Made by a program: the position numbers and the translations under genes. Below are positions 1 to 9,125 of a stretch of 64,000 nt of DNA, one piece after another. Each line of letters starts with the position of its first letter. The stretch's first letter is position 1. This stretch comes from an uncultured Myxococcales bacterium (GTDB lineage: Bacteria; Myxococcota; Myxococcia; Myxococcales; UBA5297): NCBI GenBank assembly GCA_937910285.1, contig CALEOC010000253.1, forward strand, positions 90,817 to 154,816, written 5' to 3'. Below the pieces are notes generated by a model. It worked only from the letters and a program-made list of their open reading frames with translations. It was not told the DNA's origin and made no database searches.

Positions 1-4
1 GGGT

Positions 5-2107
5 ATGCTTGGCCGCATGATCAATCCCCGGCCGTCGAAGAGAACCGTTGCACTCCAGCTCATCCTCGTGCTCTGCGCGGGCTGCGGCGAGCCGGTGACC
101 GGCAGCCCGGATGCCGGCCCGGATGGCGGGCCCGAACCAGGCGTGCGCGCTTTCTTCGACCCCACGCTCGCCCCCAAGCGTGGCAACCCCGCGGCGACAT
201 GGCTGGCCTATCCCTTCCCGGCCGATCACCGAAGGCTCGACGACGGGCACGTGCGGCTGTCGGACTTCCCGAACCCGGACGCGGTCTCGATGCTCACCAG
301 CTACTTCGAGGTGGGCGAGGCCGATCTGGACGGCTTTGGCACCAACGGCGCCGTCCACCTCGCCTTCGACGGACCACTCGACAAGACCTCGATTCCCACC
401 GACCCGGGCGCTTTCCTCTCGAACGCCGCGGCGATGCAGCTCATCGACATCACCCCGGACTCGCCCGAGTACGGCGCGCGACGGCCGCTGCGCTGGGAGT
501 ACTGGGCGAAGTCCGGCCGCTACGTCTTCGAGAACAGCCTCGCGGTCGCCCCGGTCTGGGGTTTTCCGCTGCGCGAGCGGACGACCTACGCGCTCATCCT
601 CACCCGGGCCGTCCAGGGCGCCGACGGCAACCCGCTGCGCGCCCCGGACCTCCTGCGCGCCTTGCTGACCGCGGCGCCGGCCGCGCCGGAGGTGAAGCCC
701 GAGGTTTCGGCCGAGCTCTACGCCGAGCTGCTCGAGCAGTTCGCGCCCCTGCGCGGCCGGCTGGCCGTCGACGAGATCGATCCGGCCAGCGTCGCGCTCG
801 CCACGGTCTTCACCACGCAGGACATCACCGGCCTGTTGGCGACGATCCGCCAGCAGATCGCGCGGCGCCCGACCCCGGCGCTCCAGCGCTGGGGTTTCCC
901 CGTTGGCGCGGCGGGCGGGCTCTTCTTCGAGCGCTCCTTCGAGTGGAAGGTGGGCTCGGCGGTCTCCTACTACGTGATGGAGGGCAGCTTCGACTCCCCG
1001 AACTATCAGAAGGGCGAGATCCCCTACGCGGTCGAGGGCGGCGGCTTCAACCTGGTCGACGGCGTGCCTGCTCCGGCGCGCACCGAGCGGCTGCGCTTCG
1101 TGCTCACCTTCCCGAAGAACCCGCCGGCCGGCGGAGGATGCTTCCCGATAGTCGAGGTCGCGCACGGCACCGGCGGCGACGCCTACAGCTTCTACGACGA
1201 CGAGACCGCGGGTCGGCTCGCCGCACGCGGGCTGGCCGGCGTCGGGCTTGACCAGCCGCTGCACGGCGCGCGGATGGAGGGCAAGAGCTTCGACGTCGAC
1301 ACGATGAGCTTCAACTACCTGAACCCCGAGTCCTCGCGGGCCAACTTCCGGCAGTCGGCCATCGACACCTTCGCGCTCACCAAGCTGCTCAAGAAGGGCT
1401 TCAAGGTGGCCTCCGACAGCAGCCCGACCGGCAGGGAGGTCTGTTTCGACACCGAGCGCATCGGGTTCTTTGGCCACTCGCACGGCGGGCTGACCGGCGC
1501 CATCGCCGCGGGGATCGAGCACGACGTCCAGAGCTGGATGTTCTCCGGGGCCGGCGGCGGCCTGGCGATCACGGTCACCGAGCGCAAGGACATCGTCGAT
1601 GTCCGCGAGGCGATCACCTATCTGCTCGGGCTGGGAGGCGACGAGCCGCTCACCGAGACACACCCGGTGATGACCCTGATCCAGACTCTCGTCGACGCGA
1701 CCGACCCCATCAACTACGCGCCGTACTGGAACCGCGACGCGGCCTTCGGCGAGCCGTCGAACGTGATGCTCACCTCTGGGCTGCACGACGAGCAGACGCC
1801 CTATCGCACGGCCAACGCGCTCGCGCTCGCGGCGCGCCTGCCGCCCATCGAGCCGCTGCCTCTGGCCATCCCCGAGTACGCCTGGGCGGGCATTCAGGCG
1901 CAACAGGCGCCGGTGAGCGGCAACGTCAACGGAGCGACCGCCGGCTTCCTGCAGTGGGGACCGCACGCGGCCAACCGGCACTACGACTCGCACTTCCTCA
2001 TCTTCTATAGGCCCGAGGCCATCGACACCTCGATGCGCTTCTTGCGGTCGGGAGTCGCTCAAGGCGCCGCGGTCATCGAGCGCAACCCGGACTCCGACGC
2101 GCTGTAG
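5..2107 (+). CDS. Secreted alpha/beta-hydrolase lipoprotein (putative esterase/lipase)
   Basis: The N-terminus carries a signal peptide with a lipobox (LILVLCAGCGE). A GHSHGG nucleophile-elbow motif (GxSxG) sits mid-protein in a 700-aa ORF. The start lies at the window edge and may be slightly upstream. Confidence 0.6.
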   Translation: MLGRMINPRPSKRTVALQLILVLCAGCGEPVTGSPDAGPDGGPEPGVRAFFDPTLAPKRGNPAATWLAYPFPADHRRLDDGHVRLSDFPNPDAVSMLTSYFEVGEADLDGFGTNGAVHLAFDGPLDKTSIPTDPGAFLSNAAAMQLIDITPDSPEYGARRPLRWEYWAKSGRYVFENSLAVAPVWGFPLRERTTYALILTRAVQGADGNPLRAPDLLRALLTAAPAAPEVKPEVSAELYAELLEQFAPLRGRLAVDEIDPASVALATVFTTQDITGLLATIRQQIARRPTPALQRWGFPVGAAGGLFFERSFEWKVGSAVSYYVMEGSFDSPNYQKGEIPYAVEGGGFNLVDGVPAPARTERLRFVLTFPKNPPAGGGCFPIVEVAHGTGGDAYSFYDDETAGRLAARGLAGVGLDQPLHGARMEGKSFDVDTMSFNYLNPESSRANFRQSAIDTFALTKLLKKGFKVASDSSPTGREVCFDTERIGFFGHSHGGLTGAIAAGIEHDVQSWMFSGAGGGLAITVTERKDIVDVREAITYLLGLGGDEPLTETHPVMTLIQTLVDATDPINYAPYWNRDAAFGEPSNVMLTSGLHDEQTPYRTANALALAARLPPIEPLPLAIPEYAWAGIQAQQAPVSGNVNGATAGFLQWGPHAANRHYDSHFLIFYRPEAIDTSMRFLRSGVAQGAAVIERNPDSDAL

Positions 2108-2147
2108 CGACCGGGGGACTGAACAAGCGATCGGTCGCAGGGCGGTA

Positions 2148-2240
2148 GGGGCGCATGGCAATGCGCCCGTCGAGGAATCGAGCAGAGGCGCGGACAGGCT
2201 TCCCGAGGCGAGAGGTTTCCGAAGATCGCGCCCCGGCACT
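2148..2240 (+). promoter_or_regulatory. Conserved ~85-nt non-coding motif, copy 1 (ATGCGCCCGTCGAGRAATCGAGCA ... TCCGAAGAYCGCGCC), preceded by palindrome GGGCGCAT-GGCA-ATGCGCCC
   Basis: Near-identical sequence recurs at 9046-9125. The spacer between the two conserved blocks differs by 5 nt, so the conservation is at nucleotide level rather than peptide level. Confidence 0.3.
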
Positions 2241-3390
2241 AGCATGGTCCCCGATGCCACGCTTGCGATTCGCTGCCTGTCTTTTCGCCGCCGCCATTCT
2301 CGGTTGCCCTGCCGTCAACCGAACCATCGTCGAGGAGAGCCGCGGCGGACCGCGGCTCGGCGGCGAGCCCATCGCGATGGGGCGCTCTTTCGAGCAGCAC
2401 GGGGGCTCGCGCCACCGCGCCCTCCTCGTCGTGCGCACGCGCCCGGAGTGGGACGGGCTCTGGCGCGCGCCGCAGCGCGCACCGGCGCTCGACTTCTCCG
2501 AGCAGATGGTCCTGGTGGCCTTCGCGGGTCGCAAGCCGACGGCGGGCCACTCGATGCGCATCGAGCGCGTCGTGCGCGCCGGGGCCGAGCAGATCGTCGA
2601 GGTAGTCGAGAGCTCGCCGGCGCCTGGTTGTCCGCTTGCCCAAGGCCCGACCCATCCCTTCCACCTCGTCACGGTGCCGCGCTGGGAGGGAACGGTGCGC
2701 TTTGTCGTCGAGAGGCGTGTGCGGCCGGGCTGCCTCGCCCCGCCCGAGATCCGCCTTTCGTGCCGCACGGCCTCGCCCGAGCCATGGAGGAGCGCCGGGC
2801 CGGTGCTCCATCCGAGCCCCGGCGACCGGGTCGAATGTGAGGCGAGGGGAGAGGGCGTCGTCGCCTGGTCTTGGAGCTTGCTCGGCAGGCCTGAAGGCTC
2901 CGCGGCGCGGGTCGAGTCTGAGGGTCCGCGAGCCGTGCTGGGGACGGACAGGCCAGGCGCGTACCTACTCGGTGTGCAGGCGCGAGCGGCCGACGGGCAG
3001 GCGAGCCTGCAGCGCGTCGAGGTCGCAGCGGGCAGCGCCGCCTATCAGCTCGTTTTGAGGGCCGAGGAGCCGGACGGCGCTCTCGGCTTGAGCCTGGTTC
3101 TTGAGCGGGGAGGATCTCGCTGCGTCTTCGGCGCAGCCGACGCGCCGCCCTGGTGTGCGGGGAGCGGCGACGAGTACGAGTCGCGCTTCGAGGTGCCCGC
3201 GGGCGAGGGCGACTACCGCATCCTCGTCCAGCGCACGCCCGAGGCGCAGCCGAGCGCGACGGTCCTCGTGCGGCTGGGTGATTGGGAGATCGCGCGCGTC
3301 GAGGTGCCGTCGGACGGGGCGCGGTGGTCTGCATCCGGTGCGTGGGAGATGGGCAGGCTCGACTCGGAGCGCGCGCGGCTCGCTCGCTGA
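2155..3390 (+). CDS. Lipoprotein with PrcB_C-like domain (protease-complex subunit PrcB family); true start probably the internal MPRLRFAACLFAAAILGCPAV (~2254)
   Basis: An internal signal peptide with lipobox is present. The segment ALVAFAGRKPTAGHSMRIERV...PFHLVTVP matches the PrcB C-terminal domain pattern. The C-terminal half looks Ig-like. Confidence 0.45.
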   Translation: MAMRPSRNRAEARTGFPRREVSEDRAPALAWSPMPRLRFAACLFAAAILGCPAVNRTIVEESRGGPRLGGEPIAMGRSFEQHGGSRHRALLVVRTRPEWDGLWRAPQRAPALDFSEQMVLVAFAGRKPTAGHSMRIERVVRAGAEQIVEVVESSPAPGCPLAQGPTHPFHLVTVPRWEGTVRFVVERRVRPGCLAPPEIRLSCRTASPEPWRSAGPVLHPSPGDRVECEARGEGVVAWSWSLLGRPEGSAARVESEGPRAVLGTDRPGAYLLGVQARAADGQASLQRVEVAAGSAAYQLVLRAEEPDGALGLSLVLERGGSRCVFGAADAPPWCAGSGDEYESRFEVPAGEGDYRILVQRTPEAQPSATVLVRLGDWEIARVEVPSDGARWSASGAWEMGRLDSERARLAR

Positions 3391-3399
3391 GGACGTGAA

Positions 3400-3495
3400 G
3401 CTGCGTCGAAGAGCCCTTCGAGCGAGAGCCGGCGTCTCGGGGGACCGGATACAAGGGCCTTTTCGACTCCGCCTCACTCGTTCCTCGGGAGGCTG
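3400..3495. repeat. REP-like intergenic hairpin element, copy a (partial; ...GGGCCTTTTCGACTCCGCCTCACTCGTTCCTCGGGAGGC)
   Basis: It shares CGAAG.GCCC..TCGAC and the GCCTC(C/A)CTCGTTCCTCGGGAGGC hairpin with the copies at 28681-28785 and 28838-28927. It lies 10-100 nt downstream of the stop at 3390. Confidence 0.5.
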
Positions 3496-3628
3496 GGAGC
3501 GGGATGGCGAGCCGAGGTCAAGGTGATTTCGCGACAGACCTCGAGGGCGGTGGGCGCTGCTCTGGGCGCAGGCGTCGAGAGCGCTCTCGCCCGGGGTCGG
3601 CCCGCGGCCCGGTGCGCAGCGTTAGAGC

Positions 3629-4705
3629 ATGGCCCTGCCCATCGAACCCCCGCTCGCGCCGATGCTCGCCCGGCTGCAGGCCGACCTCCCGCTCGGCGAG
3701 GGCTGGCTGTACGAACCGAAGTGGGACGGGTTTCGCGCCATCGTCTTTCGCGAAGGCGAGAGGTTGCGACTCGTCAGCCGAAACGGACAGCCACTCGAGC
3801 GCTACTTCCCCGAGCTGATCGAGGCGCTGCGCCAAGCGACTCCGGTTCGGTGTGTGCTCGACGGCGAGATCGTCATCGAGACTTCGGCGGGCCTCGACTT
3901 CGACGCACTCCTCCAGCGCATCCACCCGGCGGCCTCGCGGGTGCGCAAGCTGTCGGTCGAGACTCCCGCCTCGTTCGTCGCCTTCGACCTGCTCGCCGTC
4001 GAGGAGAGGAGCCTGCTCGAGAAGCCGTTCTCGGAGCGGCGGCGTCTGCTCGAGCGCGTCCTGGAGGGCGGGCCGAGGGTCTATCTCACGGCGCAGACCT
4101 CCGACCCGGAGATCGCGCGGCGTTGGTACGAGCAGCTCGAGGGCGCGGGCATCGAGGGCGTGGTCGCCAAGCGGGCCGGGCAGGTCTACGTCCCGGGCGA
4201 GCGCGTGATGGTGAAGGTGAAGCACGAGCGCACCGCCGACTGCGTCATCGGCGGCTACCGGCCGGCGGCGAAGGGCGGGGGCGTCGGCTCCATCCTGCTT
4301 GGCCTCTACGACGCGCAGGGCGAGCTTGTCTACGTCGGCTTCGCCTCGGCGTTTTCGGCTCCGCAGCGTCGCGAGATCCTCGAGCGGCTGCGGCCCTTCG
4401 AGGGCCGCGCGGGATTTGCCGAGGGCAAGGGGCCCGGTGGACCGAGCCGCTGGAATCGCGGGCACAAGCTCGGCTTTGTCTCGGTCGCCCCGCGGCTCGT
4501 GTGCGAGGTGAAGCTCGACAAGCTGCAGGGCGAGCGATTTCGCCACGCGGCTCAGTTCCAGCGCTGGCGCCCGGACAAGGAGCCCCGGGAGTGCACCTAC
4601 GAGCAGCTCTCGCTGCCGCGAGGCGGCCGCCGCCCGATGCCGCTGGCGACACCCGGGGCTGAAGAAACCCGAGGGCTCGAGGCGATCGATGAAAAGGCGC
4701 GCTGA
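3629..4705 (+). CDS. lig: ATP-dependent DNA ligase (LigC/LigD ligase-domain type, standalone)
   Basis: The adenylation motif I KWDGFRA (KxDG, catalytic Lys) lies in EPKWDGFRAIVF. At 358 aa it is typical of short bacterial ATP ligases. The opposite-strand ORF 3518-4786 is an arginine-rich artefact. Confidence 0.85.
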   Translation: MALPIEPPLAPMLARLQADLPLGEGWLYEPKWDGFRAIVFREGERLRLVSRNGQPLERYFPELIEALRQATPVRCVLDGEIVIETSAGLDFDALLQRIHPAASRVRKLSVETPASFVAFDLLAVEERSLLEKPFSERRRLLERVLEGGPRVYLTAQTSDPEIARRWYEQLEGAGIEGVVAKRAGQVYVPGERVMVKVKHERTADCVIGGYRPAAKGGGVGSILLGLYDAQGELVYVGFASAFSAPQRREILERLRPFEGRAGFAEGKGPGGPSRWNRGHKLGFVSVAPRLVCEVKLDKLQGERFRHAAQFQRWRPDKEPRECTYEQLSLPRGGRRPMPLATPGAEETRGLEAIDEKAR

Positions 4706-5178
4706 GCCCGACGCTGGATCGCCAACGAGCCTCTTCGCGCCGGCCTCGCCGTAGTTTGCCCACGCCTTAGAGGTCAGGCGCGGCACGACGTACGCGAGGA
4801 CACGAGCCGGCGCACCTCCTGGGGGACCATCGGCGCGCTGCGCGGCTCAGCGCTCCGCGATGGGGCGAAATCCCGAATGGTTCCCGATGCGAGTCGCCCG
4901 CCCCCCGGCCGCCCTGGAGTTGGCTTTGCCGGGTTGCGCAAAGGTGGCCGACGGGACGGTGCGCCTTTTTTTTTCCTTCGCCCGATGCCGTGGGTTGCCG
5001 CCAGGTCTCTGGCCGCCGAGCTTGCTGTAACCCGGGGGGCGGGTCTGGTGTAGTGCACCGGCGTCGGCAGGCGGGCCGTCGGGCGCAGCAAGCGCCAGCG
5101 GGCTCGTTCGTTTGATCGCTTCAAGCGCGGCCGGCAACCAACTCGTCGGCAAACACCTGACAGAGATGGAGGAGCGGG

Positions 5179-6096
5179 ATGCAGCCCAAGTTCTTCGTCG
5201 CGATGCTCGCAGTGGCGATCATCACCCCAGCGGTCGCGCTGGCCGACCACGAGGCGGTTCCGGTGGCCCCGCCCGGTGTCTACGTGGCGCCGGTGCCCGA
5301 CCACAGAGCCGCGGCCAAGGCGCATCGGGAGATGTACCGCTACCACAAGCGCGAACACCGCCGTCAGCGCCACGTGCGGCGCCACCTCCACGCCGCCGGG
5401 TACAGCTACCTCGCGCCCGTTCCCTTCGCTGCGCCCGTCGTTCCTGTGCCGCTGCCGGTCCCAGCGCCCATCGTGCCGATCCCGGTTCCCGTCCCCGCTC
5501 CGGCGCCGGTCTATGTCGCGCCGCCGCCGGTCTACGTCGCGCCTCCGCCCGCTCCGGTCGCGCAGGCCGCGGCCGAGCCGGACCTGTCGCGCACCATGCT
5601 CGGAGCGAACGTCCAGGCGCATCCTGACGGGGCCATCGTGGGAGTCACCGTCGTCACCGAGGGCAAGCGGCTCGGCTTGCACCTGGGGGCGAGCGGGGTC
5701 TTCGCCCGCGCCACAGACCGCTCGGCGGGGCTGGAGAGCCTCAAGCTCGTCGAGGCCCACCTGACGTACGCGCCGCTCTCCGGCTCGCGAGGCCGGGTGC
5801 GCCTCGAGGGCGGCGCCAGCGCGGCCTTCGGACCGACGACCGCGGCCATCGGCCCCGACGTGGGGCTCACCGGCGACTTGCGGCTCATCGGCTCTTTGGG
5901 CGTCGAGGGCGGCGCGCGGTACGCGCCGTTGCCGCACAAGCGCATCGAGACCTGGGCGGGTCTGTTCCTGGGCCTGGGCGCGCTGAGAGTCGAGGGTGGC
6001 TGGCGCAGCCTGTGGCTCGACGCGAAGGTGCTCGAGGGCATGCAGACCGTCGACTGTCTCCGCGGGCCGTACCTGGGCGCCACGCTCGTCTTCTGA
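5179..6096 (+). CDS. Secreted protein with proline-rich (PVP/APV) linker and Gly/Ala-rich C-terminal domain ending in Phe (possible outer-membrane beta-barrel)
   Basis: It has a signal peptide (MQPKFFVAMLAVAIITPAVALA), a PV-repeat region, and a C-terminal ...ATLVF. Confidence 0.5.
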   Translation: MQPKFFVAMLAVAIITPAVALADHEAVPVAPPGVYVAPVPDHRAAAKAHREMYRYHKREHRRQRHVRRHLHAAGYSYLAPVPFAAPVVPVPLPVPAPIVPIPVPVPAPAPVYVAPPPVYVAPPPAPVAQAAAEPDLSRTMLGANVQAHPDGAIVGVTVVTEGKRLGLHLGASGVFARATDRSAGLESLKLVEAHLTYAPLSGSRGRVRLEGGASAAFGPTTAAIGPDVGLTGDLRLIGSLGVEGGARYAPLPHKRIETWAGLFLGLGALRVEGGWRSLWLDAKVLEGMQTVDCLRGPYLGATLVF

Positions 6097-6125
6097 TCGG
6101 CCGCAACTCGCCGCCGCGCTCTCTT

Positions 6126-6166
6126 CCGGCCGCTCGTTGCTCGGGCGGCCGGTCGACTTCTTTGCG
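6126..6166 (+). terminator. Putative intrinsic terminator (CCGGCCGC-tcgttgctcgg-GCGGCCGG followed by TCGACTTCTTTGCG)
   Basis: An 8-bp GC stem with a T-rich tail lies 30 nt after the stop of the 5179-6096 gene. Confidence 0.3.
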
Positions 6167-6297
6167 CCGCCTCCTCGCCGTCCGGACGGCCCCCGGGCGT
6201 GCGCGCGCGGGCCGGGCGTGCCTCTGTTCCACGGGTTGGCGGGGCCCTTCTCACATGGCTACCGTCCTGATGAAAAGCGCTCGACTAGAGGCGCGGA

Positions 6298-6894
6298 GTG
6301 GGAGGGACCCAGGTGTCCCGTGGGAGGGGTCAAATGAAACTCGCGCAACCTTGCGCCGCTCGCCGGATGATCGCGCTTGCGGCCGCGGTGATGGCCTCCG
6401 GCTGCGCGGTCGCGCGGGTGACGGTCGACTCGGCCGCGGGCGGAGCGCCGGCGCCGACACCCGAGGCGGTGCCGATGGTGATGCAGCTCGACTTCTCGCC
6501 GCAGCAGCGCGACACCGAGCGCGCGCGGCAGGAGATCATCGAGGCGAGCCGCGCGCTCGACGGCACCGCGGTGTTCTTCGAGACCGACAAGGCCGAGCTC
6601 TCCAACGAGGGCAAGGTCAAGCTGCGGCGGGTCGCCGAGATCCTGCGGCGCTATCCCGCCTTCCGAATCCGCATCGAGGGCAACGCCGACGACCGGGGCG
6701 CAGTCGAGTACAACTACGACCTCGGCTATAGGCGCGCGTGCAATGCGCGCAACTACCTCGTCTTGCTGCAGGTCAGCCCGCAGCAGGTCACCTGCATGAG
6801 CAACGGTGAAGCGAGACCTCTTGCCCCGGGCAAGACCGAGGACGACTACCAGCTCAATCGCCGCAACGACGTGGTTCCGGTGACCGACAAGTAG
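6298..6894 (+). CDS. OmpA/MotB-family peptidoglycan-binding lipoprotein (Pal-like); likely start MKLAQPC... at ~6334
   Basis: A signal peptide with lipobox (AVMASGCAV) is present. The OmpA C-terminal domain is marked by FFETDKAELS...LGYRRACNARNYL...NRRNDVV. Confidence 0.75.
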   Translation: MGGTQVSRGRGQMKLAQPCAARRMIALAAAVMASGCAVARVTVDSAAGGAPAPTPEAVPMVMQLDFSPQQRDTERARQEIIEASRALDGTAVFFETDKAELSNEGKVKLRRVAEILRRYPAFRIRIEGNADDRGAVEYNYDLGYRRACNARNYLVLLQVSPQQVTCMSNGEARPLAPGKTEDDYQLNRRNDVVPVTDK

Positions 6895-7007
6895 AGCCGG
6901 TCCTGCGACGGGTCGCCGGCCCGCTCGAGGCCCGGCGGCCCGTCCGTCTGCGCGGCGCGTCCGATGGCCCCAGCCCGCGGGCCGGTCTTTGCCCGATTGG
7001 ACGGGGA

Positions 7008-7092
7008 CCACCGCCGCCTCGGTGGCCTGCGCGTCCGAAGAAGAGGCACCCGAGCGAGCTTCAGAAGGATTTCTCGACGGGTCTTCAGGAAA
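7008..7092. repeat. ~80-bp direct repeat, copy 1 (GGCCTGCGCG.CCG..GAAGAAGAGGCACCCGAGCGAG.CTTCAGAAGGATTTCTCGACGGG)
   Basis: It is ~90% identical to 7435-7522. Both copies lie inside a ~1.07-kb gene-free gap (6895-7967). Confidence 0.55.
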
Positions 7093-7434
7093 AACGCGCG
7101 ATCGCGCGCCATTTCGGGACCAGATCGGCCCGAGAAGGCCCCTGGCTGGCCCGTAGAGCGTTTTTGCCTCCCCAGGCCTGCTTTAGTGGGGCTGGCGGTC
7201 GAACGGCACCTCCTGGGCCATCCTAGCGCTCCACAGGCACCTTCCTGGTGCTTCCGCCGGACGCTCCAACCTCCCGTGGATACAGCCTTTTTTCGTCCGC
7301 CGAGGCCGGGCTTCCCGAACAGGAAGAGCGGGGCTGCCCCCGCATCGGGGTCAGGAAGGAAGGAGTGTTCGCGGCTCCGTTCGCGCCGGGCCCCCGAAGA
7401 GGTGTCGGGAAGCTTATCGCGCGAGGCGTACGAG

Positions 7435-7522
7435 CGCCGCCGTCTCGGCGGCCTGCGCGCCCGGGCGAAGAAGAGGCACCCGAGCGAGGCTTCAGAAGGA
7501 TTTCTCGACGGGCCTTTCGGGT
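7435..7522. repeat. ~80-bp direct repeat, copy 2
   Basis: See copy 1. Confidence 0.55.
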
Positions 7523-7967
7523 CGGGGGCGCGCCTCTCCTTTGCTCTGGACTTGGGAACCGCTCGCCTCAGACGCTCAGCGCACGGCAAAGGCGCGGAAA
7601 CCGAGAGGGCTTCGACTCCGACCGCTCCGCTCATCGCCTCGACACCGAGCAAGGGCAAAGCCCATTCGCGGGGCGGTCGATCGCACGGGGTCTGACGGCC
7701 CGGGGAAGGTGCCGCACAGGCTGGGGCCGGAAACCCGAAGGCCCGAGAGCTTGGCACACCCCCCATAAGACGGGACGCCCCCCAGGATTGCCGGGGGGCG
7801 AGGGAGCGCCCGGTGGCTAGGATGATCGGACCAAGAGCGGTGGGCTCCTGAGGGGGTGCCGGGGACCCCTTGCCCAACAGGACCAGCGATTTTGCGAGGC
7901 GGGGCGGCTGGCTGCCCCGGCCATCAGACTGGCGCGCCCGGCCGGCCGGTCCCGGAGGTGTCGCGAC

Positions 7968-8891
7968 ATGGCCGCGAGGCACGAGCTGTCGCAGCTCGTC
8001 GATCGGTTGAAGCGCGGAACCGGATTGGAGCGTGAGCAGGCCGCCGAGGAGCTGGCCGTGATGAGCAGGCTCGGGTTGAGCACCAGCGACGCGCTTCGCG
8101 CCCTGCAGTCGGCGGCCGCCGAGCTTGCCCCCCGCGCCGACGGCAAGGACACCGGTGCCCAACTCGTGCGCGCCGCCGCGCGCATGCCCAGGCGCGTCTA
8201 CATCCCGGTCATCGAGGAGCACTTCGCCCGCTACAGCAAGGCGGCCAAGGTCGAGGCGCTGCGGCTGCTGCTCCACATCGGGGACCAGAAGGCGGCCAAC
8301 ACCTACATGGCGCTCGTGCGCCGGTTCGCAGGCGAAAGGCTGCCGAGCCTGGCCGCGGACGCGCTGCTCGACAAACCCGAGCACCTCGAACGCTACTTCC
8401 CCGCGCTGCTCGCCTGCGTCGAAGAGCCCTGCCTGGCGGCCGAGGTGTGCGAGCTTGCCGTCGCGTTGTGCGAGAACGGGCTGCTCGAGCCGTCCAGCCT
8501 GCGACCGCTCGCCCCGGCCGTCGTGCGCGCCTATGCCTGGAGGCGCGAGAGGCTGCTGCGGGCCGAGCGGGGCGAGGCTCGCGATCCGCTGCGCCAGGCC
8601 GAGCTGCACGGGCTGCGAGGCGAGGCGTTGCTGTTTCTCGAGCTGTTCGGCTTTCTCGCAACTCCAGAGGCCGAGGCCGAGCTGCACTCGGCGCTCGGCT
8701 ACCGGGACCCGAGGCTCCGGGCGGTCGCGGTCGGCGCCCTGCTGCGGCTCAACCGGCACGTCGATCCGACGCACCTTCGCGGCGTCGCCGAGGACCCGGA
8801 GACGCGCACCTGGCTGACCGGGAGATTGCGGCAGATAGGCAAGCTCTCGCTCTTGTCCGAAGCGCGCCTGCCCGAGGCGACTACGCGCTAG
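7968..8891 (+). CDS. Hypothetical cytoplasmic alpha-helical (HEAT/ARM-like) protein
   Basis: It has balanced, non-repetitive composition with Leu-rich helical repeats. It is preferred over the overlapping 688-aa arginine-rich minus-strand ORF 6846-8912. Confidence 0.5.
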   Translation: MAARHELSQLVDRLKRGTGLEREQAAEELAVMSRLGLSTSDALRALQSAAAELAPRADGKDTGAQLVRAAARMPRRVYIPVIEEHFARYSKAAKVEALRLLLHIGDQKAANTYMALVRRFAGERLPSLAADALLDKPEHLERYFPALLACVEEPCLAAEVCELAVALCENGLLEPSSLRPLAPAVVRAYAWRRERLLRAERGEARDPLRQAELHGLRGEALLFLELFGFLATPEAEAELHSALGYRDPRLRAVAVGALLRLNRHVDPTHLRGVAEDPETRTWLTGRLRQIGKLSLLSEARLPEATTR

Positions 8892-9045
8892 GCGGCAGGG
8901 CTCGAACGACAAATCAGCGTCAAGGGCGCACGCCCCCGGGCTTGGTCAGGCACCTCACGCCGGCCGAGCCGGAACCAACCGGGGAGCCGAGGCCGCAGAA
9001 CCCGGACCCCAGGTCCGAATCGCGAAGCGATGGGCCGTGGGTTGG

Positions 9046-9125
9046 CCCATTTGCCATGCGCCCGTCGAGAAATCGAGCATCCGCTCGGCCGACACGAAGG
9101 CCGGCCCTCCGAAGACCGCGCCGCG
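9046..9125 (+). promoter_or_regulatory. Conserved ~85-nt non-coding motif, copy 2 (ATGCGCCCGTCGAGAAATCGAGCA ... TCCGAAGACCGCGCC)
   Basis: It matches 2148-2240. It sits in the 850-bp non-coding leader upstream of the PFOR gene. Confidence 0.3.

Noticed and set aside
7008-7522. tmRNA (ssrA) because of GGATTTCTCGACGGG resembling the tmRNA 5' acceptor arm
   Set aside because: The motif occurs twice as part of a direct repeat. No tRNA-like T-arm or CCA-adjacent 3' end (GGTTCGAATCC...GCTCCACCA) is found nearby.
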